From a virus (lineage: Duplodnaviria; Caudoviricetes), in the IMG/VR virus record IMGVR_UViG_3300042292_000091, positions 1-59,827 of that record: a stretch of DNA of 59,827 bases; one strand, 5' to 3'. Of this stretch, positions 36,831 through 46,675 are shown piece by piece. The position numbers and the translations under genes were made by a program. The notes beneath the pieces are model-generated. The model did no database searches and was not told the DNA's origin. It worked only from the letters and a program-made list of their open reading frames with translations. The stretch's first letter is position 1. Each line of letters opens with the position of its first letter.

Positions 36831-39347
36831 ATGGCCGTTGATAAAAGTTTGATGGAGGCTCCCCAAGGGATCGCGATACTCGCGGCTGAGATGGAGCCGA
36901 TTGACATCATCGTTGAGACTGAAGAGGACGATGCTGTTGTTGAGTTGATGAAGGACGAGTCACGCTCGGAAGGGTTTGATGACAACCTCGCGGAGTACAT
37001 GAGCGAGAGCGACCTTCAGACTATGGCCTCCGAGTTAATCGGACAGTACGAACAGGACATCTCCAGTCGCAAGGATTGGCTCGATACCTACGTCAAAGGT
37101 TTGAAGATTTTAGGCATTCGGTACGAAGAGCGTACTGAGCCGTGGCCGGGTGCGTGTGGTGTGTTTCACCCGCTCCTCATGGAGAGTGCGGTCAAGTTTC
37201 AGTCTGAGACGATCATGGAGACCTTCCCTGCAATGGGGCCGGTCAAGACCAAGATCATCGGCAAGGAGACCCCGGAGAAGAAGGACTCGGCTATTCGTGT
37301 CGCTGATGACATGAACTACCAGCTTACCGAGGTGATGAAGGAGTATCGGCCTGAGCACGAGCGCATGTTGCTCAGCATGGCCTTGGCGGGTAATGCCTTT
37401 AAGAAGGTGTACTTCGATCCGTCGATGAATCGTCAGACGGCGGTGTATATCCCGGCGGAAGACATCATTGTTCCGTACGGTGCGTCTAACTTAGAGACGG
37501 CAGAACGTGTTACGCATCGGATGCGTAAGACGAAGAACGAGTTAGCCAAACTTCAATACGCTGGGTTCTATCGTGACGTTGATCTCGGTGAGCCGATGCG
37601 CGTCATGGACGAGGTGGAGAAACAGAAGGCTGAAGATCAAGGCTTCAGTGCAAGCATGGACGACCGGTTCCAGTTGCTTGAGATGCACGTGAACATTGAT
37701 CTGCCGGGCTACCCGGATGTGGATGATGAGAACCACGAGACCGGGATTGCTCTTCCCTACGTGGTGACGATTGAGAAGGGAACGGGAACAGTTCTAGCAA
37801 TTCGCAGGAACTGGAGAGAAGACGATGAACTCAAAGCCAAGCGACAGCACTTTGTCCACTACGGATATATCCCCGGATTTGGATTTTACTACTTCGGACT
37901 TATTCACCTTATCGGGGGACACAGTAAAGCTGCAACGTCCCTCCTTCGCCAACTTGTCGATGCGGGAACCCTCAGTAATCTCCCCGGAGGACTCAAATCT
38001 AGAGGACTACGAATTAAGGGAGACGATACTCCAATCGCTCCGGGTGAGTGGCGAGACGTAGATATCCCAAGCGGTGCGGTACGCGACAACATCCTGCCGT
38101 TGCCGTACAAGGAGCCAAGCCAAGTTCTTTCTTTGATGCTTGATAAGATCGTTGAAGAAGGACGCCGTTTCGCTGCGGTGTCGGACCTCAAGATCAGCGA
38201 TATGTCGAACCAAGCGCCGGTCGGTACCACACTAGCCATCCTAGAGCGCGTTCTCAAAGTGATGTCGGCAGTGCAGGCTCGCGTGTACTACGCGATGAAG
38301 CAGGAGTTCAAACTGCTTGCAGCCATCATCCGAGACAACACTCCGGAAGAGTATTCGTATGAACCGGAAGTGGGCAATCGCAAAGCGAAGAAAGCTGACT
38401 ACGACGATGTAGATGTCATCCCGGTATCTGATCCGAACGCGGCAACGATGTCGCAGAAGGTGGTTCAGTATCAGGCTGTAATGCAGTTAGCGCAGCAGTC
38501 GCCGCAGTTGTATGACTTACCGTATTTGCACCGCCAGATGATTGAGGTGCTAGGCATTCGCAATGCTGACAAGATTGTGCCGCTGCCGGATGATCAGAAG
38601 CCACGCGATCCGGTCACGGAGAACATGGACGCTATCATGGGCAAACCGCTCAAGGCGTTTATGTATCAAGACCACGAGGCGCATATCCGCGTCCACATGT
38701 CGCTTGGTCAAGACCCGAAGATTGCCGCGATGATTGGACAGAATCCGCAAGCGCAACAGATTACGTCGTCTCTTCAGGCGCACATCATGGAGCACGTAGG
38801 CTTTCAGTATCGCCGTGATATTGAGAAGCAGCTTGGCGTGGCTCTGCCGCCTCTGCCGCAGGACGACAACGAGGAGTACGACCTCAGTCCAGAGATGGAG
38901 GTACAGGTCGCGCAGGTCAGCGCCATTGCAGCGGAACGTCTGCTCCAGAAGGATGTGGCCGAGATGCAAGCTCAGCAGAACGCTCAGCAAGCACAAGACC
39001 CGCTTGTTCAGATGCAGATGATGGACCTCCAGATCAAGCAGATGGAGGCTCAGACCAAGCAGATGAAGGCGCAGATGGAGGCTCAAGCAAAAGCAGAAGA
39101 GCTTCGCCTCAAAGAGCAGCAGAACATCATCACTGCTTCGGCCAAAGAAGACGAGTTGCGACTGCGAGAGGCGGAAATCTCTGGGCGTCAGCAGCTTGAA
39201 GCAGCACGCCTCGGTGCGGATATCGAGAAGCACAAGGCGCAGGAAACAAACCGACAGCAACTTGAAGGCACGAAACTCGGCGTTGAGATTGCGAAAGCAA
39301 AAGACGCTGCATCACAACGGCAAACACCGCCGCCTAGAAAGGAGTAA
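36831..39347 (+). CDS. Portal protein (P22-like, long C-terminal coiled coil)
   Basis: Follows TerL; 838 aa; FKKVYFD, APVGTTLA; Q-rich helical tail. Confidence 0.85.
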   Translation: MAVDKSLMEAPQGIAILAAEMEPIDIIVETEEDDAVVELMKDESRSEGFDDNLAEYMSESDLQTMASELIGQYEQDISSRKDWLDTYVKGLKILGIRYEERTEPWPGACGVFHPLLMESAVKFQSETIMETFPAMGPVKTKIIGKETPEKKDSAIRVADDMNYQLTEVMKEYRPEHERMLLSMALAGNAFKKVYFDPSMNRQTAVYIPAEDIIVPYGASNLETAERVTHRMRKTKNELAKLQYAGFYRDVDLGEPMRVMDEVEKQKAEDQGFSASMDDRFQLLEMHVNIDLPGYPDVDDENHETGIALPYVVTIEKGTGTVLAIRRNWREDDELKAKRQHFVHYGYIPGFGFYYFGLIHLIGGHSKAATSLLRQLVDAGTLSNLPGGLKSRGLRIKGDDTPIAPGEWRDVDIPSGAVRDNILPLPYKEPSQVLSLMLDKIVEEGRRFAAVSDLKISDMSNQAPVGTTLAILERVLKVMSAVQARVYYAMKQEFKLLAAIIRDNTPEEYSYEPEVGNRKAKKADYDDVDVIPVSDPNAATMSQKVVQYQAVMQLAQQSPQLYDLPYLHRQMIEVLGIRNADKIVPLPDDQKPRDPVTENMDAIMGKPLKAFMYQDHEAHIRVHMSLGQDPKIAAMIGQNPQAQQITSSLQAHIMEHVGFQYRRDIEKQLGVALPPLPQDDNEEYDLSPEMEVQVAQVSAIAAERLLQKDVAEMQAQQNAQQAQDPLVQMQMMDLQIKQMEAQTKQMKAQMEAQAKAEELRLKEQQNIITASAKEDELRLREAEISGRQQLEAARLGADIEKHKAQETNRQQLEGTKLGVEIAKAKDAASQRQTPPPRKE

Positions 39348-39350
39348 TTA

Positions 39351-39545
39351 ATGTCCTATTCAAACGCTCTGGAGTATTTGGAATCAAAACTCAAAGAAGA
39401 GCGCGTACTAATTGTAGAAACCCTGACCCAAGGCAAATTGGATGAGGGTGAATACAAACGTCTGTGTGGGGCGCTACAGGGTCTCGACCTAGCACGGAAT
39501 CACATCAAAGACCTTGCACAACGCTTGGAGCGTGACGATGAGTAA
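39351..39545 (+). CDS. Hypothetical protein
   Basis: AGGAG SD; EYKRLCGALQGL. Confidence 0.65.
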   Translation: MSYSNALEYLESKLKEERVLIVETLTQGKLDEGEYKRLCGALQGLDLARNHIKDLAQRLERDDE

Positions 39546-39915
39546 CATTGATATTGAGAAGACGCAGGAAGAGGCTGCTAAAGCCAAACTACTGCCCGAA
39601 CCCCGAGGCTACCGAATCCTCTGCGCCGTGCCGCACGTGGAAGAAGAGTTTGAAGGGGGCATCGTAAAAGCCGAGGACACCCGCCGAGTTGAGGAGCAGA
39701 CCACTGTGGTTCTGTTTGTCATCAAGATGGGAGACCTTTGCTATGCGGATAAGGACCGGTTCCCCACCGGCCCGTGGTGTAAGGAAGGTGATTTTGTCCT
39801 TACCCGTCCGTATTCGGGTACTCGCGTGGTCATCCACGGCAGAGAGTTCCGCATCATTAACGACGACACGGTGGAAGCGGTGGTCGATGACCCCCGTGGA
39901 ATCCGCAGGGCGTGA
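39538..39915 (+). CDS. groES: GroES-like co-chaperonin
   Basis: PRGYRIL, GGIV, GDFVL..YSGT, FRIINDDTVEAVV. Confidence 0.85.
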   Translation: MSNIDIEKTQEEAAKAKLLPEPRGYRILCAVPHVEEEFEGGIVKAEDTRRVEEQTTVVLFVIKMGDLCYADKDRFPTGPWCKEGDFVLTRPYSGTRVVIHGREFRIINDDTVEAVVDDPRGIRRA

Positions 39916-39926
39916 GGTAAAATATT

Positions 39927-40922
39927 ATGGCTGTTGAACGTACTGAATATAAGTTCCCTGATGAAGTTGAGGCCGAGGCCGAACAAAAAGCCGAGGCTAA
40001 TCAAGAGGTTAGCGATGATATTGAGGTAAAGGTTGAAGATGATACTCCGGAAGAAGACCGGGGTCGCAAACCGTTATCTAAGCGTACGGTGCAAGAGATT
40101 GATAACGAGGACTTAGACGAGTACTCGGATAAGGTTAAAAAGCGTCTTTCTCAGATGAAGCGCATTTATCACGATGAGCGCCGGGAGAAAGAAAGAGCAT
40201 TAAGAGAGCGCGAGGAGGCTCTACGTTTTGCCCAAGTTCGTGAGCAGGAGATTCAAAAGCTCAAGCAACGGCTTGGTCATAGTGAGCAAGCATTTGTTAA
40301 AGAGGCTGAGAAATACGCCAATTTTGATTTAAGCTCGGCTAAAGAGCGTTTGAGACAGGCGTACGATGCAGGAGACTCTGAGCAAATAGCGAACGCTCAA
40401 GAACTGTTAACAGATGCCAAACTTAAGCTGCAAAACCTCGCTAGAGTGAGACCATCTTTACAACAGGCAGAAGAGAGAGTAGAACAAACGCAACAGGTAC
40501 AGGCACCCGAACCGGTTGCTCAACCCAAAGCTGATCCCAAAGCGGAGGCTTGGCGCGAGAGAAACACTTGGTTTGGTGAAGACGACGAGATGACCGCGTT
40601 AGCCCTTGGCCTGCATGAAAAGCTAGTCCGAAACGGCGTAGACCCGAATTCAGACGAGTATTACCGCCGAGTCGATGACACTATGAGGAAACGATTCCCC
40701 GAGGCATTTGAAGATGCCGAAGAGGAAGAAGAGAAACCTCAAACGAGTCAGGAGAAAAAACCTGCTCGCACTAACAAGCCAGCTACTGTTGTGGCTCCAG
40801 CAACGCGGAATACCGCGCCTCGTCAGGTACGCCTGACGCCTACGCAAGTTGCTATTGCCAAAAAACTTGGGCTTAGCAATGAGCAATACGCACGTGAACT
40901 TATGAAACTGGAGGCTAACTAA
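39927..40922 (+). CDS. Capsid scaffolding protein
   Basis: Acidic coiled coil; C-terminal LTPTQVAIAKKLGLSNEQYA; position before capsid genes. Confidence 0.7.
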   Translation: MAVERTEYKFPDEVEAEAEQKAEANQEVSDDIEVKVEDDTPEEDRGRKPLSKRTVQEIDNEDLDEYSDKVKKRLSQMKRIYHDERREKERALREREEALRFAQVREQEIQKLKQRLGHSEQAFVKEAEKYANFDLSSAKERLRQAYDAGDSEQIANAQELLTDAKLKLQNLARVRPSLQQAEERVEQTQQVQAPEPVAQPKADPKAEAWRERNTWFGEDDEMTALALGLHEKLVRNGVDPNSDEYYRRVDDTMRKRFPEAFEDAEEEEEKPQTSQEKKPARTNKPATVVAPATRNTAPRQVRLTPTQVAIAKKLGLSNEQYARELMKLEAN

Positions 40923-40923
40923 A

Positions 40924-41373
40924 ATGGCTGAGAATAGACTCGCTCGTGAACTCGAAAATCGAGAGTCAGCGCAACGTAAAACAACGTGGACCCCACCCCA
41001 GACGCTCCCTGAACCGGAGCCGCAGGAAGGTTGGGTATTTCGTTGGATTCGGACAAGTATTATGGGGCAGGCAGACCCTTCTAATACCTCCGCGAAATTT
41101 AGGGAAGGTTGGGAGCCGGTTAAGGCTTCTGAACAACCCAAACTGATGATGCAAGCTGATCCCAATGGACGTTTTAAAGACAACATTGAGATTGGTGGGT
41201 TGTTGCTCTGCAAGGCTCCGAAAGAGCTTATGGCTCAGCGTGACGATTATTACGCTCAACAAGCCAAGGCTCAGATTCAGTCTGTAGATAACAACTTTAT
41301 GAGGCTGAACGATGAGCGTATGCCCCTCTTCACTGAGAAGAAAACTACGGTCTCGTTTGGCAAGGGCAAATAA
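40924..41373 (+). CDS. Head-module hypothetical protein
   Basis: FRWIR, REGWEPV, GGLLLC motifs; coupled in operon. Confidence 0.65.
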   Translation: MAENRLARELENRESAQRKTTWTPPQTLPEPEPQEGWVFRWIRTSIMGQADPSNTSAKFREGWEPVKASEQPKLMMQADPNGRFKDNIEIGGLLLCKAPKELMAQRDDYYAQQAKAQIQSVDNNFMRLNDERMPLFTEKKTTVSFGKGK

Positions 41374-41392
41374 CTTATTTTTGGAGTGACAA

Positions 41393-42055
41393 ATGGCATA
41401 TCCCACTGTTGACAAGCCGTATGGCTTGAAGCCGATCAATCTGATCGGCGGGCAGGTGTTTGCCGGTGCAACTCGTCAGCGTCGTATTGCTTCCGGTGCG
41501 TCAAGCATTGGTTATGGCGACCCGCTGCAATTTGCTTCGGACGGCACCGTTGAAGTAACCACGGCCACGACTGCTGCCCCGACCTCCGGTTTTGCCGGTG
41601 TGTTTTTGGGCTGCAATTACGTGTCCTCTGTGACGGGTCAGCCGACCTACTCGCAGGCTTGGATTTCGGGTACTTCGGTCAAGGCAAATACGTTTATCTA
41701 TGCGTATGTTGTTGATGATCCGGACACCTTGTTCAAGGTTGTTGGTGTGACGGCTTCGCTGGTGGTTTCGACCACGGGCGGCTTTGTGTACAGCGATGTT
41801 GGTACCAACGTTGAATTGGTTGCTAACACGTTGAATACGACGACCAACGATTCGCAGCAGGGCGTTCGTGTTGGCTCGGTTGCTACTACACGTTCGTTGC
41901 CGATCCGCATCGTTGATGTGGTTGAGGACACGGCGTTTGTTTCCAGCGGTACGGTGTACTACCCAGAGGTCATTGTGAAGTTTAATGCTCCGTATATCAC
42001 GGACACTTCACTGATCGTGGGTGGTCACGCTTACTACAACCCGCTCGGAACCTAA
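41393..42055 (+). CDS. Putative capsid decoration/minor capsid protein
   Basis: PYGLKP, GVFLGC, VVDDP; beta-rich; immediately upstream of MCP. Confidence 0.6.
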   Translation: MAYPTVDKPYGLKPINLIGGQVFAGATRQRRIASGASSIGYGDPLQFASDGTVEVTTATTAAPTSGFAGVFLGCNYVSSVTGQPTYSQAWISGTSVKANTFIYAYVVDDPDTLFKVVGVTASLVVSTTGGFVYSDVGTNVELVANTLNTTTNDSQQGVRVGSVATTRSLPIRIVDVVEDTAFVSSGTVYYPEVIVKFNAPYITDTSLIVGGHAYYNPLGT

Positions 42056-42072
42056 TAGGGGAGTTCTAAGAC

Positions 42073-42981
42073 ATGGCTATTTCACGTGCACAATTACTCA
42101 AAGAGCTCCTTCCGGGTTTGAACGCCCTGTTCGGCCTTGAGTACAAGACCTATGGTGAGGAGCACAAGGAGATCTACGAGACTGAGACCTCCGAGCGTTC
42201 CTTTGAAGAAGAGACCAAGCTTTCTGGTTTCAGCGCCGCTCCCGTAAAGAACGAAGGTGCTGCGATTGCGTATGACAACGCACAGGAAGCGTGGACTGCT
42301 CGTTACAACCACGAGACCATCGCTCTCGGCTTTTCCATCACGGAAGAAGCGGTTGAAGACAACCTGTACGACTCGCTCAGCAAGCGTTATACGAAGGCTC
42401 TTGCTCGCGCTATGGCGTACACGAAGCAGGTCAAGGCGGCTTCTGTCCTTAACAATGGCTTCTCCTCGTCCTACACGGGCGGTGACGGTCAGCCGTTGTT
42501 CTCGGCGGTGCATCCGCTTGTTTCGGGTGGCACCAACAGCAACCGTCTGACGGCATCTGACCTCAACGAAACTTCGCTTGAGGCGGCTGTCATTCAGATC
42601 GCTGGTTGGACCGACGAACGTGGTCTCTTGATCGCGGCGAAGCCCGGTAAGCTCATCGTTCCCCCGGCTTTGATGTTCACTGCCAAGCGCCTCCTCGACA
42701 CGGAACTCCGTGTTGCGACCGCTGACAACGACATCAACGCTCTCAAGGCGATGGGTTCGATTCCGGGTGGTTACACCGTGAACCACTACTTGACCGATAC
42801 GAACGCTTGGTTCCTGACGACCGACGTTCCGAACGGCATGAAGCACTTCGTTCGCACCCCGCTGCAAAACAGCATGGACGGCGATTTCGACACCGGCAAC
42901 GTCCGGTACAAGAGCCGCGAGCGTTATAGCTTCGGCTGGTCGGACCCGCTGGGCATGTTCGGTTCGCCGGGCGCGTCCTGA
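42073..42981 (+). CDS. Major capsid protein (HK97 fold)
   Basis: MAISRAQLLKELLPGLNALFGLEY, GDGQPLFS..HP, DFDTGN.RYK.RERYSFG; strongly biased codons; terminator follows. Confidence 0.9.
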   Translation: MAISRAQLLKELLPGLNALFGLEYKTYGEEHKEIYETETSERSFEEETKLSGFSAAPVKNEGAAIAYDNAQEAWTARYNHETIALGFSITEEAVEDNLYDSLSKRYTKALARAMAYTKQVKAASVLNNGFSSSYTGGDGQPLFSAVHPLVSGGTNSNRLTASDLNETSLEAAVIQIAGWTDERGLLIAAKPGKLIVPPALMFTAKRLLDTELRVATADNDINALKAMGSIPGGYTVNHYLTDTNAWFLTTDVPNGMKHFVRTPLQNSMDGDFDTGNVRYKSRERYSFGWSDPLGMFGSPGAS

Positions 42982-43007
42982 TAGGTTGATGGCGACCTAG
43001 AGAGATT

Positions 43008-43047
43008 GGGGGGTTACAAGTAGCAATGCTTGTGGCCCCTCTTTTTT
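43008..43047 (+). terminator. Rho-independent terminator after MCP
   Basis: GGGGGTTACAAG...CTTGTGGCCCCT stem followed by CTTTTTT. Confidence 0.7.
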
Positions 43048-43058
43048 GATGGTATACA
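43030..43058 (+). promoter_or_regulatory. Candidate sigma70-like promoter overlapping the terminator
   Basis: TTGTGG-17 bp-TATACA with TG extended -10. Confidence 0.35.
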
Positions 43059-43121
43059 GTCGTTATCGGGAAAAAACCGTTTACCAGACAGACCCGACTG
43101 ACGACATGCAGACTGGTAAAC
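43059..43121 (+). ncRNA. Candidate pseudoknotted leader RNA
   Basis: Interleaved stems GTCGT..TCGGG/CCCGA..ACGAC and GTTTACCAG/CTGGTAAAC. Confidence 0.45.
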
Positions 43122-43145
43122 ACAACTCGCATGTGAGGTTTTGAA

Positions 43146-43424
43146 ATGGCTCGTACTACTTTTTCCGGCCCGGTTAAGTCTGACAACGGCTTTGAGGGCA
43201 ATTTTGTTTCTGGCACGATCAGCAGCGCATCGGCCAACATCACGGTCCTGACAGCCGCTTCTGGCACCGTTACGAACCTTCTTTGCACGACCCTGACGAT
43301 TGGCAGCACCAAGCTGACCACGGGTTCGGTGTCGGGTACGGTGTCGGTTCAGGCAGGTCGCATCCCGGTTGTCATCGGCAGCACCACGCTTTACATTGGT
43401 CTGTACGCCAGTCTCGTCCCGTAA
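43146..43424 (+). CDS. Small virion protein (T/S/G-rich)
   Basis: MARTTFSGPVKS N-terminus; GAGG SD. Confidence 0.65.
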   Translation: MARTTFSGPVKSDNGFEGNFVSGTISSASANITVLTAASGTVTNLLCTTLTIGSTKLTTGSVSGTVSVQAGRIPVVIGSTTLYIGLYASLVP

Positions 43425-43474
43425 GGATTTCGTAGGGGGGCTAACGCCCCCTTCACTCATTACAGGAGACTCAG

Positions 43475-43780
43475 ATGGGTATGCAAACAGATGTCCTTGC
43501 TAGTAAGGTCCGCACTGATGCAGGTCAGTTGTTGGACCAGAATAGCCTCGTTATTGGCCGCGCCCGTGTAAAGGCGATCTACATCGTCCCTGATTCGGGT
43601 GCCGGTACCGTTACGTTTATCGACGGCGGCGCAAGCGGCGCTACCAAAATTGTTGTTAACACTAAGGCAAGTTCGACTTCGGCGGATTACATCCTGATGC
43701 CCGGTGAAGGCTTGCTTTTTCAAAACAACATTTACATCGTCCCGTCAGCCGTTATTTCGACGATGGTCATTTATGGCTAA
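43475..43780 (+). CDS. Putative virion protein
   Basis: AGGAG SD; beta-rich; PGEGLLF motif. Confidence 0.65.
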   Translation: MGMQTDVLASKVRTDAGQLLDQNSLVIGRARVKAIYIVPDSGAGTVTFIDGGASGATKIVVNTKASSTSADYILMPGEGLLFQNNIYIVPSAVISTMVIYG

Positions 43781-44027
43781 GTCACCAGCTTGGCAGCGGA
43801 AAGAAGGGAAGTCTCCGTCCGGCGGTTTAAATGCCAAAGGCCGTGCTTCTTATAACCGTGCCAATCCCGGCAAGCCGGGTCTGAAGGCTCCACAGCCTGA
43901 AGGCGGGCCTCGCAAGAAGTCGTTCTGCGCGAGAATGTCTGGAATGAAAAAGAAGCTTACTAGCGCCAAAACGGCAAACGACCCTAACAGTCGGATCAAT
44001 AAATCCTTACGGGCATGGAAGTGTTAA
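43773..44027 (+). CDS. Basic protein (DUF6321-like)
   Basis: MAKSPAWQRKEGK..GGLNAKGR...SFCARM...LRAWKC. Confidence 0.7.
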   Translation: MAKSPAWQRKEGKSPSGGLNAKGRASYNRANPGKPGLKAPQPEGGPRKKSFCARMSGMKKKLTSAKTANDPNSRINKSLRAWKC

Positions 44028-44030
44028 GTC

Positions 44031-44276
44031 ATGGAAATGCTCATCTGGAATATGGTCCTGACTGGGATCGTGGCGATATTGGGTTTTGTTGTGAAAGAGA
44101 AGTTCGCTGAACTTCAGCGGTTGGGGATTCTCCTCAACAGAACCCGAGAAGAAGTGGCTCGTGACCATGTCACCCGTGCGGAAGTCCGAGCCGATGCCCA
44201 GATGCTCCTCGACCGGCTTGATCGGTTGGAGCAAAAAATAGACCGCTTGGTAAATCACAACACCAAGCCAATTTAA
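44031..44276 (+). CDS. Membrane-anchored coiled-coil protein
   Basis: N-terminal TM; LDRLEQKIDRL. Confidence 0.6.
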   Translation: MEMLIWNMVLTGIVAILGFVVKEKFAELQRLGILLNRTREEVARDHVTRAEVRADAQMLLDRLDRLEQKIDRLVNHNTKPI

Positions 44277-44288
44277 AGGTAAATCCAA

Positions 44289-44588
44289 ATGAAAGAATCC
44301 AAGATGATGATGAAGAAAGAAGTGGCCTTCATGAAGAAGAAGGGCGCTCCGAAGTCCATGCTCAAGCATGAAATGCGCGAAATGGCTGACAAAGGCGGTC
44401 GCGCCATGAAGAACCGTACGGCTGACAAGATGGGTCGTGCGATGGTCAAGAACAAGAAAATGGCCGGTGGCGGTATGGCTTATTCGGACGGTGGTTCTGT
44501 CTATCGCAAGGGCGCTGATGGCGTTGCCAGCAAAGGCAAGACCAAGGGCAAGATGGTTCGCATGATGAAGGGTGGCTACTGTGGCTAA
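44289..44588 (+). CDS. Small K/M/G-rich basic protein
   Basis: Shared motif ADGVASKGKTKGKMV. Confidence 0.65.
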   Translation: MKESKMMMKKEVAFMKKKGAPKSMLKHEMREMADKGGRAMKNRTADKMGRAMVKNKKMAGGGMAYSDGGSVYRKGADGVASKGKTKGKMVRMMKGGYCG

Positions 44589-45033
44589 AGCGGCCAAACC
44601 CCCGGCTCCAAAAACCGGATCGTCGGATGATTTAATCCCACGTTCCATGCTGCCCGATTCTTCGGTGATCCCGGAGTGGCGGCAGTTTGGTTATGGTGCT
44701 GAAGGCCCCGCTGTCCCGAAACCCGCTCCTAAAAAGCCGGGTGGCAAGGCTGCTGGCGGTCACATCAAGAAGATGGCTGGTGGCGGTCAGGTACCGGCTA
44801 GAAGGAGTAAAGGTTCAGGGTCTATGCAACGAGCCTCTGAACAACGATTCCGCGATAAAATTTCTACCCCAGTAATTCCCGATCCGGTCAAATATCCGGA
44901 ATACATCGAGGAAGTTGGCGAGGAGCGTACTAGCGGTCCCCGTATGCGTAAGGGCGGCGTAGCCCGTTCTTCTGCTTCCAAACGTGCTGACGGCATTGCT
45001 CAACGCGGCAAGACCCGAGGCAAAATGGTGTAA
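44572..45033 (+). CDS. Basic low-complexity protein
   Basis: C-terminal RADGIAQRGKTRGKMV. Confidence 0.65.
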   Translation: MATVAKAAKPPAPKTGSSDDLIPRSMLPDSSVIPEWRQFGYGAEGPAVPKPAPKKPGGKAAGGHIKKMAGGGQVPARRSKGSGSMQRASEQRFRDKISTPVIPDPVKYPEYIEEVGEERTSGPRMRKGGVARSSASKRADGIAQRGKTRGKMV

Positions 45034-45035
45034 CT

Positions 45036-45473
45036 ATGGATCGTATTCCCAAATATACGGCTGGTATGTTCAAAAAGAAGATGCCTCGGTTTGGGGCTAT
45101 GAGCATTAGAAAACAACGCTTACCGCTTCCGCCTAAACCGCGAGCAAAAAAATTCCAAGACGGCGGCGAGATTGAAGAGATCATCATTGGTCCCGGCGCT
45201 GCTCAGGAAGAGTACGCTGGCGAGATGGCTCAAATCGAAGAGCGTAAGAAGCAGAACGAGCAGAAACGCCGTGATGCAGAGAGTAAGGCTCTCGTTAAGA
45301 AATACTACGAGGCCAAGAAGAAACGAGCCGAAATCAACCAAGAAAACCGAGAAAAGTCTATCAAACACTTTACTCGTAACGTGCGTACGGCCCGTAGCGG
45401 GGGCAAGATGGACTCTTGCTGCCGTGGTGACGGCATCGCCAAACGCGGTAAAACCCGAGGTAAATTTGTATGA
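45036..45473 (+). CDS. Basic protein
   Basis: C-terminal RGDGIAKRGKTRGKFV. Confidence 0.65.
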   Translation: MDRIPKYTAGMFKKKMPRFGAMSIRKQRLPLPPKPRAKKFQDGGEIEEIIIGPGAAQEEYAGEMAQIEERKKQNEQKRRDAESKALVKKYYEAKKKRAEINQENREKSIKHFTRNVRTARSGGKMDSCCRGDGIAKRGKTRGKFV

Positions 45474-46138
45474 AGCGCAAGGTTCGTCGCTACGCTGAAG
45501 GCGGAGTGGGTTACGAAGAAGACCCAAAGCCGGGTGTGCAATCCGATAAAAAATCGTCGAGCAAAAAGTCGGGTAGTGGTAAGACTCCCTCCCGTCGCGT
45601 TAGTTCGATGGAGTTCATTAAAAAGTATGAGACTTCAGGTCCTTCTAGCCGGATAAAAGAAGAGGCTGAAACGACCGTAGCTCGTACTAAGTCCGGTCTT
45701 CCCGGCGACCGCAGCACCGGGTACAGCGATAAAGGCAAGAGTCCGTATGTTGATATGGACCAAGAAGATGTAGATCGCGCTTTGAAAAGAATGGGTGAAG
45801 TTGCAGGTGCCGCTGCCAGTGTAAGCGCTGCTGGGGCAAACCTACCTCTTCGCGCCAAGCAGATGCTTCGTCGTATGCAAACGGCTCGGGCTAATGCTGC
45901 TGAACGTGCTACGGATAAAGCCGGTGAAGCGGCTCGGCGTGGTTTGTCCCGTCGTGGCATTCCTCGTTATGACGAGCGGTATCGCGCTAGTTCGGAAGGT
46001 TCGGATCGTCGTGCGGCGTATGCAGACGAACTCCCGGAAGGACTTAAATTCAAGCGGGGCGGTTCAGTGAAATCGTCAGCTTCGCGGCGTGCTGACGGTA
46101 TCGCTAAGAAAGGTAAAACCCGAGGCCGATTTGTATGA
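45470..46138 (+). CDS. Basic protein
   Basis: C-terminal RADGIAKKGKTRGRFV. Confidence 0.65.
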   Translation: MKRKVRRYAEGGVGYEEDPKPGVQSDKKSSSKKSGSGKTPSRRVSSMEFIKKYETSGPSSRIKEEAETTVARTKSGLPGDRSTGYSDKGKSPYVDMDQEDVDRALKRMGEVAGAAASVSAAGANLPLRAKQMLRRMQTARANAAERATDKAGEAARRGLSRRGIPRYDERYRASSEGSDRRAAYADELPEGLKFKRGGSVKSSASRRADGIAKKGKTRGRFV

Positions 46139-46431
46139 TGGCTTCGCGTGGCATGGGTGCAATCAGTCCAAAGAAGATTCCCCGCGCCAAACGACGGGGG
46201 GATAAAAAGCCTGTGATTGGAACGGGCAAACCCATTCGTACCTTCAAGGAAGGCGGCGAGAGCAAGGTCAACCAAGCCGGTAACTACACCAAGCCCGGTA
46301 TGCGTAAAAAGTTGTTCGAGTCGATCAAGGCTTCAGCAACACAAGGTACTGCCGCAGGACAGTGGTCGGCGCGTAAGGCGCAGCTTCTAGCCAAGCGATA
46401 CAAAGAGAAGGGCGGCGGGTATAAGTCATGA
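46135..46431 (+). CDS. Basic protein
   Basis: NYTKPGMRK...GQWSARKAQ...YKEKGGGY. Confidence 0.65.
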   Translation: MMASRGMGAISPKKIPRAKRRGDKKPVIGTGKPIRTFKEGGESKVNQAGNYTKPGMRKKLFESIKASATQGTAAGQWSARKAQLLAKRYKEKGGGYKS

Positions 46432-46673
46432 AAGCTCCGCAGCAATCGTTAAAGGCTTGGACTGCCCAAAAGTGGAGAACAAAAAGTGGTAAACGATCTT
46501 CTGACACAGGTGAAAGGTATTTACCAGAGGCTGCGATTAAAGCTCTCAGCCCTGCTGAGTACGCCCGTACCACCGCAGCCAAGCGAAAAGGCAAAGCCCA
46601 AGGCAAGCAGTTCGTCCCGCAGCCCAAGGGTATATCTCAAAAAACGCGGTCCTACCGCCAAAGGGGTAAATAA
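46428..46673 (+). CDS. Basic protein (DUF5872-like)
   Basis: QQSLKAWTAQKWRTK...GERYLP. Confidence 0.65.
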   Translation: MKAPQQSLKAWTAQKWRTKSGKRSSDTGERYLPEAAIKALSPAEYARTTAAKRKGKAQGKQFVPQPKGISQKTRSYRQRGK

Positions 46674-46675
46674 AC

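Noticed and set aside
42094-42867. Long antisense ORFs over MCP, portal and adaptor genes
   Set aside because: Expected shadows of strongly biased codon usage
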